Positions 1-9,887 of a stretch of 64,000 nt of DNA are shown in pieces. The DNA is from Obrimoposthia wandeli (lineage: Eukaryota). The stretch lies in contig CDROCS010000506.1 in assembly GCA_977020255.1 (NCBI GenBank), forward strand, positions 2,356,001 to 2,420,000. The letters run 5' to 3'. Each line of letters opens with the position of its first letter. Position 1 is the first letter of the stretch. Position numbers and translations under genes: made by a program. The notes under the pieces were generated by a model, which had not been told where the DNA came from, did not search any database, and worked only from the letters and a program-made list of their open reading frames with translations.

Positions 1-60
1 AAATCAAGCTGCGTTACTCATTACTTATTGAGGTAATTATGACCTTAAATATTGCCCTAA

Positions 61-972
61 TCAGGCTCTTAATTTTTGTACGCCACTGACAACCAATAAC
101 ACAATAAAACCAGCCAACAATCCGACTAAGCCATCGATCACAATCGGTGCAACAGTGCTGACTACCACGTTATGTGCGAATGCTTCTGGTAACATCGCTA
201 GTAGCGAATGAACCACATCGTGAGAGCCCGGAATACTGTGCAACACGATACTGCCACCGACTAAGAACATCGCAACCGTACCTATGACAGCTAATGAACG
301 CATCAGTTTTGGTGCAAAAGTCAGTAAGCCATTACCTAAATAATGTTTCAGCGTTTTTACTCGGCTGTTATTCACGAGATATAAACCCACATCATCCATT
401 TTGACGATACCTGCAACCAAGCCATAAACACCCACTGTCATGAGCACCGCGATCAAACTGACTACGGTTAGCTGGGTAGCTAATGATTCAATTTGTACTG
501 TGCCTAAGGCGATCACGATAATTTCGGCGGATAAGATGAAATCGGTACGAATAGCGCCTTTGACTTTTTGATTCTCGAACTCTTCAACGGATAATCCAGC
601 TAAAGCATCATCGTCAGTATTATCTTCATGCTCGGGTGCTGACTTCGCATGATGCAGCTTCTCGGCACCTTCAAAGCATAAAAATAAGCCACCGATAAGT
701 AACAGAGGGGTAATTAACCAAGGGGCGATGGCGCTAATGAGGAGGGCTGCAGGTACTAAAATTGCTTTGTTCTTAAAAGAACCTTTGGCGACCTTCCAAA
801 CAACGGGGAGTTCGCGGTCTGCACTGACGCCTGAGACTTGTTGGGCATTGAGCGCCAGATCATCACCTAACACGCCTGCGGTTTTCTTTGCGGCGACTTT
901 TGTCATCAATGCGACATCATCTAATACAGATGCGATATCATCGAGTAGGGCGATTAAACTTAATCCTGCCAT
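61..972 (-). CDS. DUF808 family inner membrane protein (YedI-like)
   Basis: N-terminus MAGLSLIALLDDIASVLDDVALMTKVAAKKTAGVLGDDLALNAQQV and GAIRTDFILSAEII are typical of DUF808. Start set at ATG 972; the ORF track extends to 993. Confidence 0.85.
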   Translation of the reverse strand: MAGLSLIALLDDIASVLDDVALMTKVAAKKTAGVLGDDLALNAQQVSGVSADRELPVVWKVAKGSFKNKAILVPAALLISAIAPWLITPLLLIGGLFLCFEGAEKLHHAKSAPEHEDNTDDDALAGLSVEEFENQKVKGAIRTDFILSAEIIVIALGTVQIESLATQLTVVSLIAVLMTVGVYGLVAGIVKMDDVGLYLVNNSRVKTLKHYLGNGLLTFAPKLMRSLAVIGTVAMFLVGGSIVLHSIPGSHDVVHSLLAMLPEAFAHNVVVSTVAPIVIDGLVGLLAGFIVLLVVSGVQKLRA

Positions 973-1050
973 GGTTGCTCTCCTGTGAGCCAAGTTATGT
1001 TATACGTTTCTTTATAAAACAGTATAAACAAAAAGATCCAACCAGCATAA

Positions 1051-1078
1051 ATAAAAAAACCTGCTCGGGAGCAGGTTT
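1051..1078 (-). terminator. Intrinsic terminator of srmB
   Basis: Stem AAACCTGCTC/GAGCAGGTTT followed on the minus strand by a U-run, just past the srmB stop. Confidence 0.8.
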
Positions 1079-1084
1079 GTAGGA

Positions 1085-2467
1085 TTAATCTTCTTCGTGA
1101 CCATCGTCGATGATTTCAGCTCTTGGCTTTCTCTTCATCGGAGCGAAACCACTATCAACAGCACTTGCCATTGAATCGCGCATTGATTGTTTCTTCTCTT
1201 GTTTCGGCGCTGTGTTCTGTTTGTGCGTAGGTGCATTTTTATCACCTTTACGTGCCAGCTTCGTTGGTCGACCTTGATTGCTAGCCGGTAAGCGTTTCTT
1301 CGCTGGTTTTGGTTTTAGGCCTTTAAACTTAGCTTCAAAACCTTCTAGCATAGTGCAAGGCAGTTTTACTTTTAAGTAGCTTTCGATCTTACCAAATGAA
1401 GTCCAATCTTTCGGGCTTACTAATGAGATAGCGATACCTGTTGCGCCAGCACGACCAGTACGACCAGTACGGTGAATAAAGTCTTCTGGATTAATCGGTA
1501 AATCAAAGTTGATCACATGGCTTAATGTACGGATATCAAGACCACGCGCGGCAACGTCTGTTGCAACTAATACTTCAACACGACCACGACGGAAATCTTC
1601 TAAAGTACGTTTACGTTGATTTTGTAACATGTCACCGTGAATTGAAGTGGCATTGATATCGTTATCAACTAATAATTTTGCTAGACGTTCAGTATCTGAT
1701 TTTGTTGCTGTGAAGATCAACAGTTGGCGATATTCTTCAGTTTTAGCAATGTGGACTAATTGTTCTTCTTTATGCGTTAAATTGTCAGAGAAATGCAGAC
1801 GCTGTTCAATCTTTTCATGTTGATCGTTTGAACGGTTAATCTCAATACGTTCTGGTGCGCGTAATACTTGATTACAAATATTAGCTACATCAACGTGCTC
1901 AAGTGTTGCCGAGAACAACATTGTTTGACGTTTTACGTTCGGCGCGCTGTTTGAAATTGCAGATACGTCATCACGGAAACCCATGTCTAACATACGGTCA
2001 GCTTCATCTAACACTAAAAATTCTAAGTGCTCAAGTGAAATTGAGCGGCCGCGGATATGATCAAGCAGACGACCTGGTGTCGCAATTAATACTTCTGGGT
2101 TTTTACGTAGTAATTTTTCTTGGTGTTGAAACGACTCACGACCAATAATCAATTGAATTTGATAATCTAAGCTCATGCCCAAGTGTTTCATGTTTGCATG
2201 TACTTGGATCGCAAGTTCACGCGTTGGCGCTAAGATCACTGCACGTACTGCGCGATGTTCGAAACGACGTTGCTTCAACATACGTTGTAATATTGGCAGA
2301 CCGTAAGCAATGGTTTTACCACTACCCGTTTGCGATGTAGCCATGATGTCACAGCCACCTAAAATAAGTGGGATAGCTGCTTCCTGCACCTCTGTTGCTT
2401 GTTCAAATCCTAAATGTTTGATTGAACTGATTAAACGTGGGTCGATACCGAAATCTTGAAAGCGCAA
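1085..2467 (-). CDS. srmB: DEAD-box ATP-dependent RNA helicase, SrmB-like
   Basis: Q motif (TEVQ), TGSGKT, PTRELA, TPGR, DEAD, SAT, ARGLD and HRTGRTGRAG motifs, plus a basic C-terminal tail. The subfamily call comes from overall resemblance. Confidence 0.8.
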   Translation of the reverse strand: MRFQDFGIDPRLISSIKHLGFEQATEVQEAAIPLILGGCDIMATSQTGSGKTIAYGLPILQRMLKQRRFEHRAVRAVILAPTRELAIQVHANMKHLGMSLDYQIQLIIGRESFQHQEKLLRKNPEVLIATPGRLLDHIRGRSISLEHLEFLVLDEADRMLDMGFRDDVSAISNSAPNVKRQTMLFSATLEHVDVANICNQVLRAPERIEINRSNDQHEKIEQRLHFSDNLTHKEEQLVHIAKTEEYRQLLIFTATKSDTERLAKLLVDNDINATSIHGDMLQNQRKRTLEDFRRGRVEVLVATDVAARGLDIRTLSHVINFDLPINPEDFIHRTGRTGRAGATGIAISLVSPKDWTSFGKIESYLKVKLPCTMLEGFEAKFKGLKPKPAKKRLPASNQGRPTKLARKGDKNAPTHKQNTAPKQEKKQSMRDSMASAVDSGFAPMKRKPRAEIIDDGHEED

Positions 2468-2621
2468 AGAAGCTACCTCTTAAATATAATTAGAATAATT
2501 GCTAGAAAGCATTTATGGGGCAGGAACTATATAGGAGCATTGCTCAAATTCCAACCCTATTTTCTAGTCGATGCTTACTATTGTACAGCATAAACCGAGC
2601 AGGCTAGCAGAAATAAACCAT

Positions 2622-2644
2622 TATCCGCTTTGAAAAAGCGGATA
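2622..2644. other. Perfect 10-bp inverted repeat in the divergent srmB/kinase intergenic region
   Basis: TATCCGCTTT-gaa-AAAGCGGATA. Function (operator or hairpin) unknown. Confidence 0.5.
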
Positions 2645-2740
2645 TGAATTTTGTAATAGTCAAAAAACCACAGATATTCAAGCAATTTTGGCAATATTGG
2701 CTAAATTTATTACATAGCAAGTAATAAGGATATATGTGTC

Positions 2741-4375
2741 ATGCGTGCAGTTAAGATTGATTCAAGTAAGGTTGTATTACAACATTCTTTGTACAACAAC
2801 ATACGAACATTATTATTATTCATGTTGGTGATTGTTGTGACGGGGATGTTTGTCGCTGTGGAGATGACAAGCTTGCAAGCGAACCCAGAGCAAGTTACCG
2901 CGTTAACATCGCTAAAGTTCAATTTATTATGGGTAACTCTACCCCTATTATTCATGTGCTTGTTCATCTCGAAGCTAGTCTTGAATAGACTGGTAACAAA
3001 ACCATTAGCCACGTTGCAAGCTCGATATCAGCAAGCCATCGATGAAAAAGAAAGTCAGGCGATCTCTTTGTGCTCTCCTTATATAGAACTAGACGGACTA
3101 ATTAATTTAGTGAATAAAGAGCTGGAGCAGTCAGCGCCCTCGAAAATCAATACACTATTATCAGGGCAATCTAAGCAGCAATTTGTGGAAAGCTTAGCCA
3201 ATAATATTCGCACGCCAATGAATAGTATTTTAGGGACCGCGGAACTGTTATGTGAAATGCCACAAGATATGAAATCAGCTGAATATTTGAAACTGATGCA
3301 ACATTCTGCCACCCATATGCAAATGGTACTAAATGATGTTGTGGATTATTCTAAAATAGAGTCGGGTAGTTTAGAGTTAGCGGCTGTGCGGTTTGATTTA
3401 TTAGTGATACTTGATCAGGTTTATACTTCGCTACGCCCGTTAATGAATCATAATTTACGCGTGCGTTTTAGTTTGAACTACGATGAAGATTTACACCGCT
3501 TTTATATTGGTGACCCGATTCGTCTGCAACAAGTGTTAGTTAACTTGGTTGCCAATGCGTTGAAATTTACCGATAGAGGATTTGTAGAGCTCAAAGTCAT
3601 CTGCAGTCAGGTTGATGATAGCGATGAAAACGGTGAAATGGCTGATCTTGTTTTTACTGTCAGTGATTCGGGGGTCGGTATCCCCGCGAATAAGTTGGCG
3701 CACTTATTTGATAATAAACAACAGTCGTATAATAAGGCGAATGACTTACCGTGTGGTGGTCTAAGCTTAGCCATTTGCTCACGTTTAATTAATCTGATGC
3801 AAGGGCATCTACAGGTCGACAGTACGTTAGGGGAAGGGGCGCAGTTTAAAATAAATTTAAAGTTGCAGCGTGCTTATCAATTACGTACTCAGCATATTGT
3901 CGGCAGTAATGATCTCGCCGTGGATAAATTAGTGGGACTTAAGGTATTGCTGATTGAAGATGATAAAATAAATCAACTAGTCACTCAACAGGTGATGGCA
4001 CAGTTACAGATGGAGGTAATTACTGCGAATAACGGTTTAGCAGCGTTAGAGCAGATGAAAAAATATAACTTTGATGTTGTTTATACGCAGATACCAGGCG
4101 TAGATGGTATTGCAGCCACTAAAATACTGCGTTCTGGTTGTAGTGATAAAATTGGTTTTGGTCATAATCCCCCGCCCATTATTGCGTTAGTTGAGGATAG
4201 CTTAAAATTTGATTTACAGCGTTGTTTGCATGATCAGATGCAAGGTTGTATTAACAAACCTATATCCAGACAAAGCTTAATTGATGAGACTGTACGTGTA
4301 CTTGGTTTTGAATTACCTGACTCTGATGTGGTGTTGCCGTTCAATAAAAAAATAAAAGTCGGCTCAGAGGAATAG
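2741..4375 (+). CDS. Hybrid sensor histidine kinase/receiver-like protein with degenerate phosphorylation sites (pseudokinase)
   Basis: Two TM helices, a HisKA-like segment (NNIRTPMN), HATPase N-box (NLVANALKFT) and G1 (DSGVGI), and a C-terminal receiver fold (LLIEDD...NKP). The phospho-His and phospho-Asp are absent. Confidence 0.85.
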   Translation: MRAVKIDSSKVVLQHSLYNNIRTLLLFMLVIVVTGMFVAVEMTSLQANPEQVTALTSLKFNLLWVTLPLLFMCLFISKLVLNRLVTKPLATLQARYQQAIDEKESQAISLCSPYIELDGLINLVNKELEQSAPSKINTLLSGQSKQQFVESLANNIRTPMNSILGTAELLCEMPQDMKSAEYLKLMQHSATHMQMVLNDVVDYSKIESGSLELAAVRFDLLVILDQVYTSLRPLMNHNLRVRFSLNYDEDLHRFYIGDPIRLQQVLVNLVANALKFTDRGFVELKVICSQVDDSDENGEMADLVFTVSDSGVGIPANKLAHLFDNKQQSYNKANDLPCGGLSLAICSRLINLMQGHLQVDSTLGEGAQFKINLKLQRAYQLRTQHIVGSNDLAVDKLVGLKVLLIEDDKINQLVTQQVMAQLQMEVITANNGLAALEQMKKYNFDVVYTQIPGVDGIAATKILRSGCSDKIGFGHNPPPIIALVEDSLKFDLQRCLHDQMQGCINKPISRQSLIDETVRVLGFELPDSDVVLPFNKKIKVGSEE

Positions 4376-4426
4376 TGTTAATCGAGTATTTTCAGTGATG
4401 CAGACTCTATTTATGCCATGATAATG

Positions 4427-4573
4427 TTATGCCACTATCATGCTTTTTAGCGCAAGTTGGTCGGTAATATCAAGGTTCAGTTCATCACACGCTTCTTCAA
4501 ATGTTTTACCTAAATGGCAAATGTACATTTCAATCGCGATAAGATGATTCTGTAATGCTTGTTGCTGTTCCAT
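4427..4573 (-). CDS. Small hypothetical protein, 48 aa (not in the ORF track)
   Basis: Manual translation MEQQQALQNHLIAIEMYICHLGKTFEEACDELNLDITDQLALKSMIVA*. A GGAG Shine-Dalgarno lies upstream of the ATG. There is an alternative in-frame ATG at 4588. Confidence 0.6.
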   Translation of the reverse strand: MEQQQALQNHLIAIEMYICHLGKTFEEACDELNLDITDQLALKSMIVA

Positions 4574-4768
4574 GATGATAATCTCCATCTGTGTTTATTA
4601 ACCGTTTTATGAGTGAATAAACTAGTCCAATTCGCTAATTTCTGTCTACCATTTCGTTAATATTACAGGTTGTTATGTTTGTAATTGTTAACCTGCGCAC
4701 ATTTATAGCGTTTTAATACTTGTATATAAAGATGTAAATGACTCAGTATTGAGTATTTATTCAATGCG

Positions 4769-5428
4769 ATGGAAGAGTCAAAAATGGACGTTACAACGAC
4801 GCTAATAATAAGTACGCTGGTTATTTTGGTGTGTGCTTTACTGCATTTATATGGTGCCTATAAAGAACAAAAATGGTTATTCTATATATTCAAGCCTGTT
4901 ACTACGCTAGCAATTGCCGCGTTATGCTGGCAGCTATCCCCTGAACTAAATGATTATGTTTGGCTTATCTTACTGGGGCTATTGTTGTCGACCTTAGGTG
5001 ATATCTTCCTGATGCAGCCCAAAGATAGGTTTATTCCCGGATTATTAAGCTTCTTAGTCGCCCACGTTGCTTACATTGTTGCTTTCTCTATACAGCTGGA
5101 ACTGACTTATACTTGGGCATTGATTACTCCTTTACTTATTGTCGCCATATTGTATTTAACCATATTGTGGTCATCTCTCGCAGAAATGAAAGTGCCAGTC
5201 TTGGTGTACATGAGTATTATTGTGGTGATGGCCTGGATCAGTGGTGAACGTTACTTCAGTCTAAATAGTGCAGCTAGTCTGTATGCCTTTATTGGTGCTA
5301 TCGTATTTTTGTTTTCAGACGCGACATTGGCATTCGATAGATTTAAAAAACAGTTCCATAGTGCTTATGGCGTTATTATTGTAAGCTATTATCTTGCTCA
5401 GTATTTTATTGCGCTATCAGTTACATGA
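4769..5428 (+). CDS. YhhN family membrane hydrolase (lysoplasmalogenase-like)
   Basis: Multi-TM protein with YhhN motifs FKP, GDIFL, FLVAHVAY and FSDATLA. Alternative start at 4784. Confidence 0.85.
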   Translation: MEESKMDVTTTLIISTLVILVCALLHLYGAYKEQKWLFYIFKPVTTLAIAALCWQLSPELNDYVWLILLGLLLSTLGDIFLMQPKDRFIPGLLSFLVAHVAYIVAFSIQLELTYTWALITPLLIVAILYLTILWSSLAEMKVPVLVYMSIIVVMAWISGERYFSLNSAASLYAFIGAIVFLFSDATLAFDRFKKQFHSAYGVIIVSYYLAQYFIALSVT

Positions 5429-5530
5429 GCAGTCAGATGAGCTGTTGTATAAACCATTTATGATACGTTTATAAGTTGTTATATGAGGGTTCTGCAGGTG
5501 CAAACGTCGTTACAGTAAGGGAATTAATTC

Positions 5531-7456
5531 GTGACTAAAATAAATTTATCTGGACTGAGTATTTATCCATTAAAGTCTGCAAAAGCAATTAACTTAACCC
5601 AGTCACAGGTCAGTGAAATGGGTTTAGAGCATGATCGTCGCTTTATGATTAGTGACATGCAAGGCCAATTTATTACCGGTCGAACACAACCTAAAATATC
5701 GACCATCAAGATTGAAGTGACCTCTCAAGGTATCATGCTTTCTGCGCCGAAAATGCCGCCGATAGCCCTCACGTTTAAAGAACTTCAGCAAGATTATACC
5801 GATGTAACGGTTTGGGATTCATGTATTAAAGCTCAACGCTGTAGTGAGGAGATGAACCTGTGGTTAACTAAATTCCTAAGCGTGGAATGTCAGTTGCTTT
5901 ATTTCGGCGAAGAGTCGTCACGTAAAGTCGCAAATGTTGATAAACAAGTTGGCTTTGCAGATGGGTTTCCACTGTTATTAATTTCACAATCGTCACTTGA
6001 TGAATTGAATCGTAGTACCGCACGACCAATTGATATGCGCCAATTTAGAACTAACTTAGTCGTGACTGGTTGCGAGCCCTTTGCCGAGGATACTTGGAAA
6101 CGGATCAAAATAGGTGATGCCGAATTTGAATTAGTCAAAGCCTGTGAACGTTGTATCTTTACGACACTGCCCCCGGGTGAAATAAATTTTTCTAACGATA
6201 AAGAACCGCTAAAAACATTAAGTTTATTCCGTCAAGATAGCGAGGGACGGATTGATTTCGGCCAAAACTTAATTAGTCATAATGATGCCGTGATTAAACT
6301 TGGCGATAGCATTGAAGTGTTGGAATATCATGAGCCTAAGTTTTATGCTGATAATCGTCCTAAACAGCAACCGGTGATCTCAGCATCTAAGCCGATAATT
6401 AAGCCAATAGTGAAACATCCTGCCCAGCAGCAAGCGAAAACTTTATGGGGCAAAGGCGAAACAAGGCAGCTGTGTTGTGTCGCGGTTATTGATGAAACGC
6501 CAGATACTAAAACGTTTCGTTTTCGCGTTGAACCTGCTGCATTATTGAATTATAAACCCGGTCAGTTCATTACCCTTAATCTAAAAGTTGGCCAAGATCT
6601 GGTGATGCGTAACTATACCTTGTCATCTTCGCCAAGCCGTCCTGATTTGTTAGCTATTACTGTCAAGCGAGTAACAGAAGGCAAAGCATCAAATTGGTTG
6701 AATGATAATTTAACGGTTGGCGTTCGCTTAGGTGCGTCATCACCGCGTGGGCCTTTTCATGCCTTTACTGCGACAACGCAGAAATTATTATTACTGTCAG
6801 CGGGTAGTGGTATTACCCCTATGTTGTCGATGGCGCGTTATTATGCCGATACTGAATGTGATAAAGATATCGTATTCTTTTACAGTGCAAAAACGTCTGC
6901 TGATTTAATAGCGCTTGATGAATTACAGCTACTTACTCGTCAACATACCAATATGCGTTTGGTGCTTACCTTGACGGCTGAAACTAGCCAAAGTGATTGG
7001 ACTGGATTGAGAGGGCGTATTGATCAGCAAATGCTAGCCGATGTGGTACGTGATATTAGTGAGCGCTCTGTGTATGTTTGTGGCCCTGATGCGTTTATGA
7101 CTACGATGACGTCGGCGTTAACGGCTCTTGATGTATCTGCTGATCAGCAATTTACTGAAAGCTTTGGCGATCATAAGCATTCAGAAACGCCGGGTAAACC
7201 GGTGAATATCTTATTAGATAGCTGGGATACTAGTTTTGTGGGCGATAACAAAACCACTTTATTAGAACAAGCAGAAAAAAATGGCGTCAACATTCCTTAT
7301 AATTGCCGTGCGGGTTACTGTGGCGTTTGCCGTGTAACGCTAGAATCGGGTGAAGTGCGGGTCCTTGCCGATCATGCACTCACTGATGATGGTAAAAAGG
7401 CTAAAAAGATACTGGCGTGTAGTTGTATCCCACAAACGGATATCGTTATTAGTTAG
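5531..7456 (+). CDS. ycbX: YcbX-like MOSC molybdoprotein fused to FAD/NAD reductase and 2Fe-2S ferredoxin domains
   Basis: MOSC_N (IYPLKS, DRRF), MOSC (FADGFP, FRTN, CERC), ferredoxin-reductase motifs (RNYTLSS, GSGITP, VCGP) and a Fer2 motif (CRAGYCGVC...C). Confidence 0.85.
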   Translation: MTKINLSGLSIYPLKSAKAINLTQSQVSEMGLEHDRRFMISDMQGQFITGRTQPKISTIKIEVTSQGIMLSAPKMPPIALTFKELQQDYTDVTVWDSCIKAQRCSEEMNLWLTKFLSVECQLLYFGEESSRKVANVDKQVGFADGFPLLLISQSSLDELNRSTARPIDMRQFRTNLVVTGCEPFAEDTWKRIKIGDAEFELVKACERCIFTTLPPGEINFSNDKEPLKTLSLFRQDSEGRIDFGQNLISHNDAVIKLGDSIEVLEYHEPKFYADNRPKQQPVISASKPIIKPIVKHPAQQQAKTLWGKGETRQLCCVAVIDETPDTKTFRFRVEPAALLNYKPGQFITLNLKVGQDLVMRNYTLSSSPSRPDLLAITVKRVTEGKASNWLNDNLTVGVRLGASSPRGPFHAFTATTQKLLLLSAGSGITPMLSMARYYADTECDKDIVFFYSAKTSADLIALDELQLLTRQHTNMRLVLTLTAETSQSDWTGLRGRIDQQMLADVVRDISERSVYVCGPDAFMTTMTSALTALDVSADQQFTESFGDHKHSETPGKPVNILLDSWDTSFVGDNKTTLLEQAEKNGVNIPYNCRAGYCGVCRVTLESGEVRVLADHALTDDGKKAKKILACSCIPQTDIVIS

Positions 7457-7617
7457 GTCATAATGCTTATGTATTGGGGCTATGTCTTGAAACTATGGTT
7501 TTTAATATGAGTTTAAACATGATCTTAAATATTAGATGTTTAAATATAATGACTCGCAAATTGTAATTAAATAAGTAGTGCTTTAAAATTTACCTACTTA
7601 TGTATAGGAGTTAACAA

Positions 7618-8634
7618 ATGAAACGTACACTTGCCATTGAATTCGCCCGCGTCGTTGAAGCCGCTGCACTTGCTGGTTATAAATGGTTAGGCCGTGGTGA
7701 TAAGAATATTGCTGATGGTGCTGCTGTTGAAGCCATGAGAGTGATGCTAAATAAGATCGACATTGACGGTGAAATTGTTATTGGTGAAGGCGAAATTGAT
7801 GAAGCGCCTATGCTTTATATCGGTGAGAAAGTCGGCACGAAAATAGCTGGCGCTGATGCTGTTGATATTGCAGTCGATCCAATTGAAGGTACGCGCATGA
7901 CTGCGATGGGGCAATCGAATGCGGTTGCGGTACTTGCTGTCGGTGAGAAAGGCGCATTTCTAAAAGCGCCTGACATGTATATGGAAAAATTGGTCGTTGG
8001 CCCAGACGCTAAAAATGCTATCGACTTAAACTTATCACTTGAAGACAATGTTCGTAATGTCGCAAAAGCGTTAAATAAAGACATTAGTGAACTAACTGTT
8101 GTTACTTTAGCTAAGCCGCGCCATGACGATAAAATCAAAATATTACATGCGATGGGCGTACGTGTATTCGCATTACCTGATGGTGATGTTGCTGCGTCGA
8201 TTTTGTGTTGCATGCCAGAGAGTGAAGTTGACATGATGTATTGTGTTGGCGGAGCACCTGAAGGCGTTATATCTGCAGCGGCAATACGCGCGATGGACGG
8301 TAACATGCAAGCGCGATTATTAGCGCGCCATGACGTGAAAGGTGATACGCCTGAAAACCGCGCTGCTGGTGAGATTGAAATCGCACGATGTGAAGCACTT
8401 GGCTTAGTTGTGGGTGAAATTTTACCGTTAGATAGATTAGCTAAAAATGATAATGTAATTTTTGCTGCTACGGGTATTACCAAGGGTGACTTGGTTGAAG
8501 GTGTACAACGTAAAGGCAACCAAGTGACAACTGAAACTTTAGTTATCCGTGGTAAGTCTGGCACTATTCGTCGTATTCAGTCTACGCATATGCTTAATCG
8601 TTTCGACGCCGATTTACAAGGCATCATCAGTTAA
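7618..8634 (+). CDS. glpX: Class II fructose-1,6-bisphosphatase
   Basis: GRGDKNIADGAAV, IGEGEIDEAPMLYIGE, DPIEGT and APDMYM motifs. Confidence 0.97.
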   Translation: MKRTLAIEFARVVEAAALAGYKWLGRGDKNIADGAAVEAMRVMLNKIDIDGEIVIGEGEIDEAPMLYIGEKVGTKIAGADAVDIAVDPIEGTRMTAMGQSNAVAVLAVGEKGAFLKAPDMYMEKLVVGPDAKNAIDLNLSLEDNVRNVAKALNKDISELTVVTLAKPRHDDKIKILHAMGVRVFALPDGDVAASILCCMPESEVDMMYCVGGAPEGVISAAAIRAMDGNMQARLLARHDVKGDTPENRAAGEIEIARCEALGLVVGEILPLDRLAKNDNVIFAATGITKGDLVEGVQRKGNQVTTETLVIRGKSGTIRRIQSTHMLNRFDADLQGIIS

Positions 8635-8650
8635 GTTATTCGACATACAG

Positions 8651-8674
8651 TAGCTAAATAGCTAAATAGCTAAG
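8651..8674. repeat. 8-bp tandem repeat x3 (TAGCTAAA)
   Basis: tagctaaa tagctaaa tagctaag just downstream of the glpX stop. Confidence 0.8.
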
Positions 8675-8690
8675 TAAATTGAAGATAATA

Positions 8691-8732
8691 AAAAGCCGCG
8701 CTAATTCAAGTGATGAAATAACGCGGCTTTTT
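8691..8732. terminator. Bidirectional terminator between glpX and aroH
   Basis: AAAAGCCGCG...CGCGGCTTTT with A/T runs on both sides, between convergent genes. Confidence 0.8.
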
Positions 8733-8759
8733 GGTATTCAGTATTCAATAACGTTGTCG

Positions 8760-9821
8760 TTATTTTGTTATTTCGATACGGTCACTTGCTGCTTGAGCAA
8801 GGTCAGCCAATAGCTGCTCGGTATCTTGCCAATGGATACAAGCATCAGTAATACTCTTACCATAAACAAGAGGCTCACCAGCAACAACGGCTTGATTACC
8901 TTCTTCGATAAAGCTTTCAGCCATAATACCTGAAATTTGCATGCTACCAGTGCGCATTTGAGCCATTACATCGGCTGCCACACTTAACTGATTTGTATGT
9001 ACTTTCTGGCTGTTACCATGACTAAAGTCGATAATCATTGATGGTGTTAAACCTGCTTCTGCTAATGATTTAGCTGCCGCTTCTACATATGGTTGCTCGT
9101 AGTTAGGCGTTAAACCACCACGTAAAATAACATGGCCAAATGGATTACCATGAGTTTGGTATACCGTCATTAAGCCGTCTTTATCTGGCGAATAGAAGAT
9201 GTGCGATGCCTGTGCTGCACGTACTGCGTCTATCGCAATTTTAGTATTACCATTGGTACCATTTTTGAAACCAACAGGGCAAGATAGTGCTGACGCCATT
9301 TCACGGTGGATCTGACTTTCAGTTGTTCTTGCGCCAATTGCACCCCAACTGATTAGGTCGGCAATGTATTGACCATTAACCATGTCTAAGAATTCAGTAG
9401 CAATTGGTAAACCAATCTCGGTGATATCAACCAGTAATTTACGTGCTAAGCGTAAACCTTTATTTGCTTGATATTTACCATTCAAATCAGGATCGCTGAT
9501 TAAACCTTTCCAGCCCACAATAGTACGTGGTTTTTCAAAGTACACGCGCATTGCAATCACTAAGCTGTCTTTATACTGTTCTTGCAATGGTTTTAGACGA
9601 CGCGCGTAATCTAGCGCGGCGTTAGTATCATGAATTGAGCAAGGACCAATGATAACCAGCAGGCGTTTATCTTTACCTTCAATAATCGCTTCTATCTCTC
9701 GGCGTTTATTAACTAGTTGCTGTGCGGCGTTATCAGATAATGGAAACTCTTTAATCAGTTGACTCGGAGTGATCACCTGATCGATATAGGTAGTTCTAAG
9801 TTCGTCTGTTTTAATTGTCAT
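8760..9821 (-). CDS. aroH: DAHP synthase class I, AroH-like
   Basis: GPCSIHD, YFEKPRT, GWKG, GARTTESQIHREMAS and SITD motifs. N-terminal KTDELRT resembles the Trp-sensitive isoenzyme. Confidence 0.85.
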   Translation of the reverse strand: MTIKTDELRTTYIDQVITPSQLIKEFPLSDNAAQQLVNKRREIEAIIEGKDKRLLVIIGPCSIHDTNAALDYARRLKPLQEQYKDSLVIAMRVYFEKPRTIVGWKGLISDPDLNGKYQANKGLRLARKLLVDITEIGLPIATEFLDMVNGQYIADLISWGAIGARTTESQIHREMASALSCPVGFKNGTNGNTKIAIDAVRAAQASHIFYSPDKDGLMTVYQTHGNPFGHVILRGGLTPNYEQPYVEAAAKSLAEAGLTPSMIIDFSHGNSQKVHTNQLSVAADVMAQMRTGSMQISGIMAESFIEEGNQAVVAGEPLVYGKSITDACIHWQDTEQLLADLAQAASDRIEITK

Positions 9822-9887
9822 GATGTCTATTAGTCTAATTATGGGCTGTGATCAGCTTAACGTAATTTCATATTATTATAAAGATAA

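Noticed and set aside
7815-8564. 249-aa antisense ORF opposite glpX
   Set aside because: It is a codon-register shadow of a conserved gene, with no RBS or recognisable domain. The same applies to the many short antisense ORFs over rpoBC, thiC, dctM and the MCP gene.
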